Shown here one piece after another: positions 15,690-27,770 of a stretch of DNA of 64,000 nt; position 1 is the first letter of the stretch, and each line of letters starts with the position of its first letter. The notes under the pieces were generated by a model. The model searched no databases and had not been told where the DNA came from. It worked only from the letters and a program-made list of their open reading frames with translations. Made by a program: the position numbers and the translations under genes. Origin of the DNA: Eledone cirrhosa (lineage: Eukaryota); contig OZ024740.1 in NCBI GenBank assembly GCA_964016885.1, positions 250,790,001-250,854,000 of the forward strand. Direction: 5' to 3'.

Positions 15690-17810
15690 CTGAATATTTC
15701 TACAAATAACATACCCGTACCAAGCAGGAAAACATACCTAAAACTCCTGATACAGAAAACAGACGCGTTCATTAAAAGGTTGCGGTGGCGTGCCTTTTAT
15801 TTCGATAATCCGCGTAAAGCAGACAACAAACAGGATAAATTTGGGTTTAAAACCTATAATAACCCTCCGTGTAACCCAGCATTGCTACCCTTAAAAAATG
15901 ATGTCTTGGAACTCATACGGAGTATCAAATTTCGGAATAGGAGCAATTCCTTCCAGCAGGACCTGAAGAATAGAATTCGTTCTATTAAGGATTCTAATGC
16001 CGTGCACGTCCATTCCGACAAAACTGGCAACCTATATCAAGTGGAGCACTGTACTTACCAACTACTACATAATGCTGTAACTAAGGATTACCGTAAAACT
16101 AATCGGTGCGTCATCAATGAAATCAACAATGCTGGGTTTAAAATCACCTGTGATCTCAAGATCCTGGACCGGACCGAACCTCTGGACCCTATTTCTCCCC
16201 ACTTTACCCTGAAGGATTACAAATCCAATTTTCCGAACAACCCTACGAACAAGCCTATTCGGCTTATTAACCCTACGAAGTTCGATTTAGGTAGACTTAG
16301 TAAAAGGATTCTTGATAGAATTATACCTGAAATTAGAAGTTTGGCCCCTCTTGCACTGTGGAACAATTCTTTCGCGGTGATTGATTGGTTCAACGGCATA
16401 TGCAACAAGGAACATTGCCGTTTTATCCAATTCGACATCAATAATTACTACTCCTCCATCACTTTACCACTTCTCCTTGGAGCTATCAATTTCGCTAAAA
16501 CACTCACAGTGGTTAAGGATTTCGAAGTTGATGTCATCCTCAATGCCCGTAAGTCTCTGATTAATTTCGATGACTCTATTTGGATTAAAAAATCCAATAG
16601 TACCCCCATTCGACGTGAGTATGGGCGCCAGCGATTCTGCGGAGGTTACTGATCTTATCGGCCTGTTCCTTCTTTTCTCTATCAAGGACTAATTCCCCAA
16701 CGCGGGCGGTGGTTTGTACCGTGATGATGGTCTTTTGACCATGACTAAGTGCGGCCCTCGTGCTTGCGACAGGTTCAGAAAAGAACTCACAGTCTTCTTT
16801 AAAGGCTTCAACCTCTCTATACAGGTTGAGGCCAACCTCTCGGTCGTTAATTACCTCGACGTTACCCTCAATTTATCGAACGGCTTCTATTACCCGTATA
16901 GAAAGCCGAATGATACGCTTAATTACATAAGTAAACATTCCAACCATCCTGCCAGCATAACCAAGAACCTGGTAAGAAACGTTTCGTTGAGGCTTTCCCG
17001 TCTATCTACTAACGAGCATATTTTCAACGACCATTCCACTTATTGCAATGAAGCTCTTGCTCGGAGTGGATTTGTCGATAAGGTAGCATATACGGAGTAC
17101 GAGATTAGACCTAGAAGAAATAGATCCCGTCGCATTATATGGTATAACCCACCATATAATATGGAGGTGGCCACACCATTAGCTAAGATCTTTCTATCCC
17201 TTATTACGAAGCATTTTCCCCCTACACATAAATATAGTAAAATGCTTAATAGAAATACTATTAAAATTTCTTACTCTACGACACCTAACCTTGCACATAA
17301 CATCACAGCTTCAAATTTAGCTAAACTACCTAGCCGTAGGAACACGTGCAACCCTGTAGTTAGTACTAACTGTAATTGTAGGAATCGGGTTGATTGCCCC
17401 CATCCGGGAAATGCCTCTCTAGTAACATTGTCTACAAATGTAAGGTCGAAATACCCACGTCCCGTAGGGCCTACATAGGGTTAACCGCCAATAGATTCAA
17501 GCAGCGTCTTTACATGCATACCCATTCCTTTCGTTACCCTCTAAGAAGGAATATGACGTCACTTTCAGCTTATTTTTGGAGTCTAAAAGACAACCACACC
17601 CAATATAAGTTACACTGGGAGATCCTAGCTAGGGCTAGATCGTATAACGGAAATAAAACACCATGTGACCTCTGCGCCTCTGAGGCCCTGGAAATACTCT
17701 ACGCCACAGACCTCATCTTAAACAAAAAATCTGAGGCAATTTCGGCTTGTAAACATAAATTGCACAAAACTTTCCTGTATTACAGCCCCACATTATACAC
17801 TAACGGATAG
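15690..17810 (+). pseudogene. PLE RT + GIY-YIG ORF with a few frameshifts/stops
   Basis: ORFs 15780-16652, 16714-17478 and 17394-17810 are collinear. Confidence 0.88.
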
Positions 17811-17988
17811 TACGATCTATACGTGGATATTTTACGTCTTGATGTGGTAGCTAAGTATATGTTATGTTTATACCATTACTTTTTTACATAGTGAACGTTT
17901 CCACGAATCAAAGCATCGTCTTCCTGTCTTCCTTCGGTTGCAACGTTTTTTGAAATATCCACTTCTGCGTTTATAGATGGACTTTTCT

Positions 17989-18039
17989 AGTTTCAGAAGA
18001 TCCCGTTAATGGTGAAAGCAGCGATTCTTTGCTTAAACT
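17989..18039 (+). ncRNA. Hammerhead-like motif, variant core CAGAAGA
   Basis: AGTTT-CAGAAGA-tCCCgttaatGGt-GAAA-GCA..TGC-TT-AAACT; repeated at 21073-21122(-) and 22543-22593(+). Confidence 0.6.
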
Positions 18040-18625
18040 TTAATCTGTTATTTTAATAAATATTTGCTCTACGGTTCTTATATATTTGATATATATTTAG
18101 CCTTATCGAGCCCTCTTTGGATTTTAGTCTTCAAATTTATTATTATTACTATATATATATATATATATATAAACATAAATTATCGAGATTCGCATTTCGG
18201 CCCACGAAATAACGAAAAACAACCTCCGAGATGTGAGGCAAGTGCTCAATGATTCAGATGAACCAGAGCTATAACAAACGTTAAAGGCCAAACACACTGA
18301 GACGATGGTTAAACAATCATTCGCATAGTCAATAAAACGATCAAGTAATTCGGGTATTGAAAATTTACCCGGACCCCTGGAAGGTTGGTAAAATCCAGTA
18401 TTTGGGTTTCTGCGGCTCCTAAATCAAGTACCGTCCGCTTACATAAATAATGTCAGGCTTCTGGTAAGATGATTGAACAAGGAAACCACTTTCTCAACAG
18501 GTTTTAGTTCAATGTTAATACAAGGACTGACTATTGCTGACTCCACGTGGGGATCGGCAAGGGAGGCAGCCCCCTATATATATATATATATATATAGCTA
18601 TGTAATAAACAACATAAGGTAATTA

Positions 18626-18687
18626 ATTCATTTACCAGTGGTTTCTTGAAGACAGATATTTATATGTCTTCAGTCGTCAGAAAGAAT
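18626..18687 (-). ncRNA. Type I hammerhead ribozyme (canonical core)
   Basis: ATTCTTT-CTGACGA-c TGAAGACA..TGTCTTCA a-GAAA-CC act GG-TA-AATGAAT; 8-bp stem II, GUA triplet, next to (TA)n; upstream sequence resembles the PLE 3' UTR near 21900. Confidence 0.8.
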
Positions 18688-19028
18688 AAAATGGAATGTT
18701 TATTAAATATGGATTTGAAAACAAAATTTGGGAAATATGAAAGTGAGGTTGACCTAAAATAACGGGCAAATTTTGAAGGGAAAAAATATAAATAAATATC
18801 CCAAACATAAACATACGCACACTCAAACGCGCGTATACGTAATAGTACGTAAACGTATACATTCTCACATAAATGTATGTGCGCCTACATGTAAATACGA
18901 ACGCACACATATAAACGTGTGATCTTTTGCTCACATATGCACACACACACAGGCGCACTCACACATGTACTCAATAATAACGTAAAATCTAAATATACAC
19001 ACATGAATATCTCTCCATACACATATAC

Positions 19029-19065
<37 letters not shown>

Positions 19066-19349
19066 CATACATATATATACATATATATACGCACCAATAT
19101 ATATACACACAAACACACACACATATATAAATATTTATACACACACATACATACACAAAAGTCTCTAAACATACACGCACGTATATATGTATGCACACAT
19201 AGATATACACACATATATACACACATATCCTTATATATATATATATATATATATATGCACATACATATATTAATATGTACAAACCATTGGGGGAAGTAGT
19301 TCGGGGACAGATATAAATAAATAAGATCAAAAAAATTCAAAAAATATGT

Positions 19350-19440
19350 AATAAAAATAAAAATAAAAATAAAAATAAAAATAAAAATAAAAATAAAAAT
19401 AAAAATAAAAATAAAAATAAAAATAAAAATAAAAATAAAA
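19350..19440. repeat. (AAAAAT)n hexanucleotide repeat
   Basis: Visible tandem run. Confidence 0.95.
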
Positions 19441-19728
19441 AAGTAAAAAATAAAAATAAACCCAAAAAGGGACGTGTTGACAACGAAAGGTGAGTGTGTG
19501 TGTGTATGTGGGGGGGGGGGGATAATTAAATAATAGAATATAAATACAAACAACGTATAAAAACAAACACATACACACGATATGTTTATGTATATGTATT
19601 TACATTGAGCTATTTTTCTTACTGGTAATAAGGTGGTAATGAACTACTGACCTTTCCTGTTTATAATTGTTTATATAGTGTATATATAAGTATAAATAAT
19701 AATATTATTATTTACGAAGTGGATTTAG

Positions 19729-19912
19729 GGCGGTGGATTGGCAGTATCGGTAGAGTGTTGGACGCCATGCTTTCTAGCATAGTTACGTCCCTTTACGATC
19801 TGAGTTCAAATCCCGCCGAGGTTGACTTTGCCTTTCATCCTTACGGGGTCGATAAAATAAAGTACCAGTAATGCACTGGGTAATTGCTGGCCTTGTGCCT
19901 AAAGTAGAAACA
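19729..19912 (+). mobile_element. tRNA-derived SINE (octopod-type)
   Basis: A box TGGCAGTATCGG, B box GAGTTCAAATCC, 17-bp TSD attattatttacgaagt (19704-19720/19913-19929). Confidence 0.9.
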
Positions 19913-19929
19913 ATTATTATTTACGAAGT

Positions 19930-20712
19930 CGAACTGACCAGTCTGTACCGGAGGACTTTTGAGCCGGGGACGATGGACAATTTTCAGAAATCCCTCGCTT
20001 GGCAGTGCTACTGGGGGGGGGGGGCACTGCCGGTTCGGGATAAACTCTACAGGCACGGAAGTGCTGTCAGACGGACCTGCCCAAGATGCGCACAGAGCGA
20101 TGAAACCGTTCTGCACGCACTTGTGGAGTTATGTCGAACGGATCCGGCTATCGGCCGAGTCAATAGGGAAGATTGACCCGCCGCCTTCCTTTGGATTTTC
20201 CTCTGTCTGGTGGCCGTTGCGAAAGAAATTTATATGGTGGACCAGATTGAAAGGACTGAAGACAGACACTTTTCTCTACGGCCAATCCCTCATCAATTTC
20301 TTCAAGTTTCACCTGGAAAGGAAGGTGAGGGTGGAGAGAGAAGTGCTGCCACCCCAGTAGATTTGCTAAAAGTTGGATGAATGTGGCGAGAATGGCCCGT
20401 GTGAATGGGCCTACTCTGACCATGCGCCTATAGGCTAGCTAACTTGAGGAGAGGGGGGCTCTCCCTGGGTGCCCTAGAAGCGCAGGGTGGTTCAGGATTG
20501 GTGGGGTACCTGAGTCACCCCTGGGTCGTCCACCCCCGATAGGGTAATTTATTTATTTTGTTATATTTATACATAGTTTATTTTATATTTATATATCTTC
20601 ATTGTTAAATTAGGCTTGCCATTGTGCACTTTTACTCGACCTTATTGTAAACCCCCACTGTCCCTGTCTTTGTATAGTCCCCTACATGTCGGCCCTTCTG
20701 GCCAATAAATGA
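19930..20712 (+). mobile_element. Tx1/L1-clade LINE 3' fragment
   Basis: ALPVRDKLYRHG...CPRC...ETVLH zinc knuckle; AATAAA then (TA)n. Confidence 0.85.
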
Positions 20713-20716
20713 AATC

Positions 20717-20717
<1 letters not shown>

Positions 20718-20780
<63 letters not shown>
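20718..20780. repeat. (TA)n microsatellite
   Basis: Pure TA run. Confidence 0.95.
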
Positions 20781-20781
<1 letters not shown>

Positions 20782-20783
<2 letters not shown>

Positions 20784-20969
20784 ATTGTTTCTACTTTAGG
20801 CACAAGGCCAGCAATTAACCAGTGAATTACTGGTACTTTATTTTATCGACCCCGTAAGGATGAAAGGCAAAGTTAACCTCGGCGGGATTTGAACTCAGAA
20901 TGGCAAGGACCGTAACTCTATGCGTGAAAGCATGGCGTCCGACCCTCTACCGATACTGCCATTCCACCG
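20782..20969 (-). mobile_element. tRNA-derived SINE
   Basis: Reverse complement of the SINE consensus seen elsewhere in the window. Confidence 0.9.
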
Positions 20970-21072
20970 AGTAAATTTGAAGACTAAAATCCAAAGAGGG
21001 CTCGATAAAGATAAATATATATCAAATATATAAGAACCATAGAGCAAATATTTATTAAAATAAAAAATTAAG

Positions 21073-21122
21073 GTTTAAGCAAAGAATCGCTGCTTTCACC
21101 CTTAACGGGATCTTCTGAAACT
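21073..21122 (-). ncRNA. Hammerhead-like motif, core CAGAAGA
   Basis: Same fold as 17989-18039, stem II CCC/GGG. Confidence 0.6.
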
Positions 21123-22542
21123 AACAAAGTCAATCTGTAAACGCAGAAGTGGATATTTCAAAAAACGTTGCAACCGGAGGAAAACAGGAAGACGATACTT
21201 TGGTTCGTGGAAACGTTCCCTGGTAAAGAACGGGAAAAAACAAATGTAAGGTTGTAACACCCACGTCCCGTAGGGCCTACATAGGGTTAACCGCCAATAG
21301 ATTCAAGCAGCGTCTTTACATGCATACCCATTCTTTTCGTTACCCTCTAAGAAGGAATATGACGTCACTTTCAGCTTATATCTGGAGTCTAAAAGACAAC
21401 CACACCCAATATAAGTTACACTGGGAGATCCTAGCTAGGGCTAGATCGTATAACGGAAATAAAAGACCATGTGACCTCTGCGCCGCTGAGGCCCTGGAAA
21501 TACTCTACGCCACAGACCACATCTTAAACAAAAAATCTGAGGCAATTTCGGCTTGTAAACATAAATTGCACAAAACTTTCCTGTATTACAGCCCCACATT
21601 ATACCCTAACGAATAGTACGATCTATACGCGGATATTTTACGTCTTGATGTGGTAGCTAAGTATATGTTATGTTTGTACCATTACTTATTTGCATAGGTA
21701 AGTATATATTACCTTCTATGTTTTGTGAAGGTACGTATACTTTCTCGTACGTATAGTTGATTGTATATGTTATGGGGTATATTTAAATATTCTGATACAT
21801 ATGCTTTGGTTATGTGTATACGTGAGTTTTGCGTCTGTGTGAGTATGCGGGTTCGTACGTATGTAGGGTGTGTGTATATGTGTATTTCGTGTTTTGGTTG
21901 ACGTACGTCTCCGAACATTTGTGTATTTACATGTAGGTATGTGCGTGCTTGTTATATACGTATTTATTTATTTATATACGTTTATTTAATTATTTGTATA
22001 CACGCACACAGACACACACACATATTTATATGTGCGTGTATTTGTATACCTATGGCGAGTGTTTTCGCGTATGCTTGTGTATGTACGTATTTGGATGCGT
22101 GTATGTATTTATTTAATTTCAATTACCTCTGTATTTTATTTACTTTATTCTTAACTCTGAAGCGAAGAATCATTCGATTTCCTAGTTAGAATTTTAGTCT
22201 ACGACTTCAGTTATACCATTTACGTGGTTTTGTCTTTGCGTGCAATTATTCTCCACGCTCCACATATGACGTATTATTTTAGTTTTTTTCGTTCATTGCC
22301 AGAGAACGTCTCTATGAACCACCTAAGAGAATATTAGTCTACGACTTCTTTTATACCATAAACGTGGTTCTGTCTTTGTGCATAATTGTTTTTCACCGCT
22401 CCAAATAATGACGTATTATATTCGTTTTTTCCCGTTCTTTGCCAGGGAACGTTTCCACGAACCAAAGTATCGTCTTCCTGTTTTCCTCCGGTTGCAACGT
22501 TTTTTGAAATATCCACTTCTGCGTTTACAGCTTGACTTTGTT

Positions 22543-22593
22543 AGTTTCAGAAGATCCCGTTAAGGGTGAAAGCAGCGATTCTTTGCTTAAACT
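22543..22593 (+). ncRNA. Hammerhead-like motif, core CAGAAGA
   Basis: AGTTT-CAGAAGA-tCCCgttaaGGGt-GAAA-GCAgcgattcttTGC-TT-AAACT. Confidence 0.62.
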
Positions 22594-22609
22594 TTAATCT
22601 GTTATTTAA

Positions 22610-22656
<47 letters not shown>

Positions 22657-22765
22657 AAAGGTAAACAGAAATAACAACACAATCGGTACAGTATATGGAA
22701 GGTATATATTAGGTTAACGCAACACACATATATATAAAAAAATAAATGTATACATATACATACAC

Positions 22766-22767
<2 letters not shown>

Positions 22768-22815
<48 letters not shown>

Positions 22816-22830
22816 ACACACACACACACG

Positions 22831-22906
<76 letters not shown>
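22768..22906. repeat. Compound (CA)n(TA)n microsatellite
   Basis: Visible runs. Confidence 0.95.
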
Positions 22907-22910
<4 letters not shown>

Positions 22911-23046
22911 AAAGTTAAACAAGTTTCAATGAATACATCAAAGAATGAGTTTTACAATAGATTGGAAGCACTCAACAATATGGTTTTCCAGAGTTATTAA
23001 TATTAACTCAAATTATTAACAAAATAGATATTCTTGTGATCAAGTA

Positions 23047-23113
23047 TATTTTATTATACATATTTCAGAGGTACTGAGTTAACTTCAACAGTACGTCCTC
23101 ATCAGATAAAATA
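23047..23113 (-). ncRNA. Type I hammerhead ribozyme
   Basis: TATTTTAT-CTGATGA-(GG..GTACTG..CAGTAC..CT)-GAAA-TATGTA-TA-ATAAAATA. Confidence 0.75.
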
Positions 23114-24302
23114 AGATGATGCATGACATACCCTGACATAGTAGATGGTTAAGATTCAGTCATGGTAGTGAGTAATATATGACAAAACTCAATATTTATA
23201 TACCTTAATATTGAGAACATGAGAAAAATATATAATACATACAATAGAGAGGGTGCGTGTGAGACAGCTTAAAAAATACTTGGCATCAATATAACTGTTA
23301 AATAATTTAAATTACTGAAGAAAGAGGAAAGAAAAGAAAAGCATAGAGGAAGAAATAGATGAGGGGATAATACAGTTATTAGGGGCCTAGAAAAACAAAG
23401 GAGAGTTGATTACAGAGAGAGAGATAAAGAGTAAATTATGTTCAAGTCTTTAGACAATTATCCATATATACAATATATATCTAAACATATCTGGTTGACC
23501 GTTAATATTCAAAATATTTAATTTAAGTTAGTTCAGAGTAATGAATAATATTTTAGGTTTTAAAAATTAATAAGTATTTGTATTAATATTAAAGTATACT
23601 ATCAAAATTAATTTCTAAAATCAAATTTTATGAAATCTAATTTAAAGGATTTACAAACACGAGAAAGAAAATATAATGTTTTTAAAACCTCACGAAGGTA
23701 ATCTTTACCAAATTTATTATATAATATTGACAACAGTTTATATAATATCATTTAGAAAATAATTACAGTTATAATTTTTAAAGAATTTATGATTAACAAA
23801 GGATCAACAGACCTTATAATTAAACTTTAAAAGGTCTGGATTTTAAATTATATATATATGCGTTTATCAAAAAACATTATATTGTCTGAAGACTTAAGAT
23901 GATACCTTTCAAATATACATAACATAATACAATATAGTAAATAAGTTACTGAAAATATTGTTAAAAATTAATGTTTTAGATCAATTATTGTAATAGGATC
24001 ATTTAATAGATATATACTATAAATATATAAGTCAAAACTTCATGAGTCCTAAGGATAAGGACTAGTTACAAAATAAAAAAGTGAAAAAAAATGATTTGTT
24101 TGCGAAACATAAAAATGTCCAATATTAAAAAATATAGTTTAAAATGCAATAGAGAGGGTGCACCCTCTCTATTGTATGTATTATATATTTTTCTCATGTT
24201 CTCAATATTAAGGTATATAAATATTGAGTTTTGTCATATATTACTCACTACCATGACTGAATCTTAACCATCTACTATGTCAGGGTATGTCATGCATCAT
24301 CT

Positions 24303-24367
24303 TATTTTATCTGATGAGGACGTACTGTTGAAGTTAACTCAGTACCTGAAATATGTATAATAAAATA
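24303..24367 (+). ncRNA. Type I hammerhead ribozyme
   Basis: TATTTTAT-CTGATGA-GGacGTACTG..CAGTACCT-GAAA-TATGTA-TA-ATAAAATA; 8-bp stem I. Confidence 0.8.
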
Positions 24368-24545
24368 TACTTGATCACAAGAATATTATTTTGTTAATAT
24401 TTTGAATTAATATATATATATATATTATATATATATATATATATAAATATAACGATGGAAATGTGGTAAGGCAACCAGGTGGACCATAACGCACCAAAGT
24501 ACTCAATACTTAGGGTAGTAGAGTGGGTAATAGGAACGAGTAGGA

Positions 24546-24639
24546 CCCCGACGGCTGAGCTCAAGCCCTTTCGACGGCTAATTCTGGACTAAACGAAAAT
24601 TTTTATCCTGGTATATGAATAGCCGAGCTTCTCAGGGGG
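24546..24639 (-). ncRNA. Hammerhead-like motif, core CUGAGAA
   Basis: CCCC-CTGAGAA-(CGGCTA..TAGCCG)-GAAA-g GGCT tgagctc AGCC g-TC-GGGG. Confidence 0.55.
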
Positions 24640-27093
24640 TTAATTCCATATATGGTAAAAGTTATTGTCACAAGGGTTGGTCAAAAGTTTGTTGTTGAGA
24701 CACATAATTCTATCATGGCAATTTGTGGAGAGAAGGGGTAGCTGAACTTGCCAGTAGAGAAAAGAGGGAGAGGGAGTGGAGGAAACCCAATCGTGCGTTG
24801 ATAGTGCCAACTACAGCAGAATCCTAAGGATAAGAGGTCAGTAGAAGTATACTAGGGAAGTGGAGGGGGAGGAAGTCGAAACAATAAGTAAAACAGTATG
24901 GGGTAAATATATAGAAAAATACCGAGAATGTTAAAAAAAAACAATTAAATGTAATAAAAAAAAAACAATTTCTGGTTACTATAACCTAAGGACAGCTATC
25001 AAGTCTCTCACTGGTACTGCTAGACTGAAGAAAGGTTTACTAGGTAGGACGGAATTATAATGAGGCACTTTGAAGAGGTATAAGTAATTAACCGAGTATA
25101 TCTTACGGTGACGGGTCAATAAGTGGGGGGCCAAAATACTAAAGAAACTACCACGAAATAATAATTCAGAGTCCCGAGACCAATACGAAATAAACTAATA
25201 CGAAAAAATAAACTAATACGAAATAATAATTCAGAATCCCGAAAAAGAATACTAATACTATCTCTAAGGGTGCCGCCACGGTACAAAATATCTAGTGCAA
25301 ACTACATAAATGCTCGTACGAAGTATATGAAAAATTTGATACGGAAAATTAAATCAGAATCCCCCCCCCCCCCAAAAAAAAATACTGATATACGAGAAAT
25401 TAAAGCAAAGATACCACTAAGAAATATAGAAAGCACGAAAAGGGGGCAGCCATCGGATAAGAAGGCAAGTATCCGGGGTCTAACACATCTGCTATAAAAA
25501 GCGGAGTCGGCCAATTCTATCATAGAATAGGGGAAGGGGGTGGGGGTACTGAGGCTACAAAGGACCGAGGGGCTGCCTCGGGTGGGCGAGAAAGTGAAAA
25601 GGACGACGACAAAGAAAGAGGACTGGGCTGGAAGGACTGGGGTGGAAGGGCGAGGGGGGATGGGGGGAAGAAGGAAATATAGAGGAAGCGATAAAAAGAT
25701 ATAAAATATCTTACGTCTACCCTTACAAGCAGAGGTTACCCATTACAAAGTCGGCAAGTGGGGTGTTATATCCCTAGTCTACCCCCCACCCCCACCCCCG
25801 GGTCATTCTGGGGTTTGAGGGCGAGGTAAGTCCTACGCAATCTGTGTTTACATGCAGTTACCAGTTCATCTTTCTTGTTTAGGAGTTGGTTCGTCGAAAA
25901 CAGCATTTGTAAAGTTTCCTCCGAGCATAAATTGCACGGACGGCGTCCTCCCGTGTAATAGTTGGCTCTGAACAGTAAGCTCCAAGTGAGATCATAGGTA
26001 ATATTGTTATCCTTGAGGTCCCATATGTGGCCCGAACGTGTAGTGGCGTGACGCCGGGCCGGGTTTCGGAAGCTATCTCTGTGTTGGTATAGCCGGGTCT
26101 TGAAGTCACATGCGGTTAATCCTATAAAGCTTCGTTGGAGGTGTCCGTCCTCACGTTGCACTGGTAGATCACATTACGATCTCTGCATCTGTTGTCGAGG
26201 GGGCAAATGGATCCATCGGGACAGTTGCACCTCCTGGTCGGCTCTCCACTGCTATTAGGTTATTTCTTCTATAGGGGTTGAGTTTTTTGTTGTTAGAGGA
26301 GACGATGTTTTGTGCAAAGTTTTTTTTTGGGGGGGGGATTCTGATTTAATTTTCCGTATAAAATTTTCATATACTTCGTACGAGCATTTATGTAGTGTGC
26401 ACTAGATTTTTTGTATCGTGGCGGCACCCTTAGAGATAGTATTAGTATTCTTTTTCAGGATTCTGAATTATTATTTCGTATTAGTTTATTTTTTTTGCAC
26501 TGGGTGGTTGCTGGCCTTGTGCCTGGGGTAGAAACCTTTATTTCGTATTGGTCTCGGGACTCTGAATTATTATTTCGTGGTAGTTTCTTTAGTATTTTGG
26601 CCCCCTACTTGTTGACCCGTCACCGTAAGATATACTCGGTTAATTACTTATACCTCTTAAAAGGGCCTCATTATAATTCCGTCTCACCTAGTAAACCTTT
26701 CTTTAGTCTAGCAGTACCAGTGAGAGACTTGATAGCTGTCCTTAGGTTATAGTAACCAGAAATTGTTTTTTTTATTATTACATTTAATTGTTTTTTTTTA
26801 ACATTCTCGGTATTTTTCTATATATTTACCCCATACTGTTTTACTTATTGTTTCGACTTCCTCCCCCTCCCCTTCCCTAGTATACTTCTCTTGACCTCTT
26901 ATCCTTAGGATTCTGCTGTAGTTGGCACTATCAACGCACAATTGGGTTTCCTCCACTCCCTCTCCCTCTTTCTTCTACTGGCAAGTTCAGCTACCCCTTC
27001 CCTCCACAAATTGCCATGATAGAATTATGTGTCTCAACAACAAACTTTTGACTAACCCTTGTGACAATAACTTTTACCATATATGTAATTACC

Positions 27094-27187
27094 CCCCCTG
27101 AGAAGCTCGGCTATTCACATACCAGGATAAAAATTTTCATTTAGTCCAGAATTAGCCGTCGAAAGGGCTTGAGCTCAGCCGTCGGGG
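27094..27187 (+). ncRNA. Hammerhead-like motif, core CUGAGAA
   Basis: Inverted-arm copy of 24546-24639. Confidence 0.55.
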
Positions 27188-27359
27188 TCCTACTCGTTCC
27201 TATATATAAATATATATATATATATATATGCAAAGTTTTCTTTAAATTGTTGGGTTAACAACGAGTAAATATTTATAACTGATATAAAAGCACTCAACAA
27301 GTATTTGGAGTATATTTACGATATTAAATAAATGGAAACTATATTTATAAAACCATATT

Positions 27360-27425
27360 TATTTCATTATATATATTTCAGGGATATCATATTAAAAATA
27401 TGCTATGCCTTCCTCAGACAAAATA
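27360..27425 (-). ncRNA. Minimal type I hammerhead ribozyme (canonical core)
   Basis: TATTTTGT-CTGAGGA-AGG..CATAT..ATATG..CCT-GAAA-TATATA-TA-ATGAAATA; palindromic stem III. Confidence 0.75.
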
Positions 27426-27574
27426 CAATATAAACAGTCTTATAAATAGATAGATTCGACATACCTTTCAACATCGACTTCAATTTGAAAAGTTGAATTG
27501 GTAGTGGAAAAAATATTAGGGACAGTTATAAAAAGAAAGAAAGAAAAAAGAACGGAGAAAAAGAAGAAATGCAT

Positions 27575-27770
27575 GCAACTAAATAGAGATAGATAGATAT
27601 AGAGAAATAGATAGAGAGAAGAAATTCATGTAAAGAAACAGAGAGAGAGATATATAGAGAGAGGAAAAAACACAGAGGGAGATAGATAGAGAGAGAGAGA
27701 GAGAAGAGAGGAGAGAGAGGGAGAGAATATAGAGAGATAGATATAGATAGAGATAGAGAGAAAGAAAATA
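27575..27770. repeat. GA/GATA-rich low-complexity tract
   Basis: Visible purine-rich repeats. Confidence 0.85.

Larger units (their letters stand above)
15257..18140 (+). mobile_element. Penelope-like element (Naiad-like by inference), near full length
   Basis: RWRAF N-terminus, FIQFDINNYY, GLYRDDG, IIWYNPPY, CNCRNRVDCP linker, YIG and CDLCxxE; 15257-15616 is an inverted copy of 17132-17494. Confidence 0.9.
20971..22610 (+). mobile_element. 5'-truncated PLE (same family as 15257-18140) with inverted 3'-end copy
   Basis: 21258-21697 matches 17452-17890 (GIY-YIG); 20971-21245 is an inverted copy of the 3' end. Confidence 0.88.
23000..24413. mobile_element. Non-autonomous PLE-like element with ~255-bp inverted termini carrying hammerheads
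   Basis: IR 23000-23256/24160-24413; very AT-rich decayed interior; diverged homolog at 39940-40760. Confidence 0.75.
24430..27203 (-). mobile_element. 5'-truncated PLE with ~850-bp inverted arms
   Basis: GIY-YIG piece 25766-26260 (CNCPDGSICPL, FIGLT, CNLCSEE); IR 24530-25382/26320-27203. Confidence 0.88.

Noticed and set aside
18170-18575. GC-balanced 400-bp island between (TA)n runs
   Set aside because: Probably a TE end fragment; no ORF, HHR core or terminal signature could be supported
23315-25060. Isolated CTGAAGA motifs at ~23315, ~23886 and ~25025
   Set aside because: No stem II-GAAA-NUH arrangement follows
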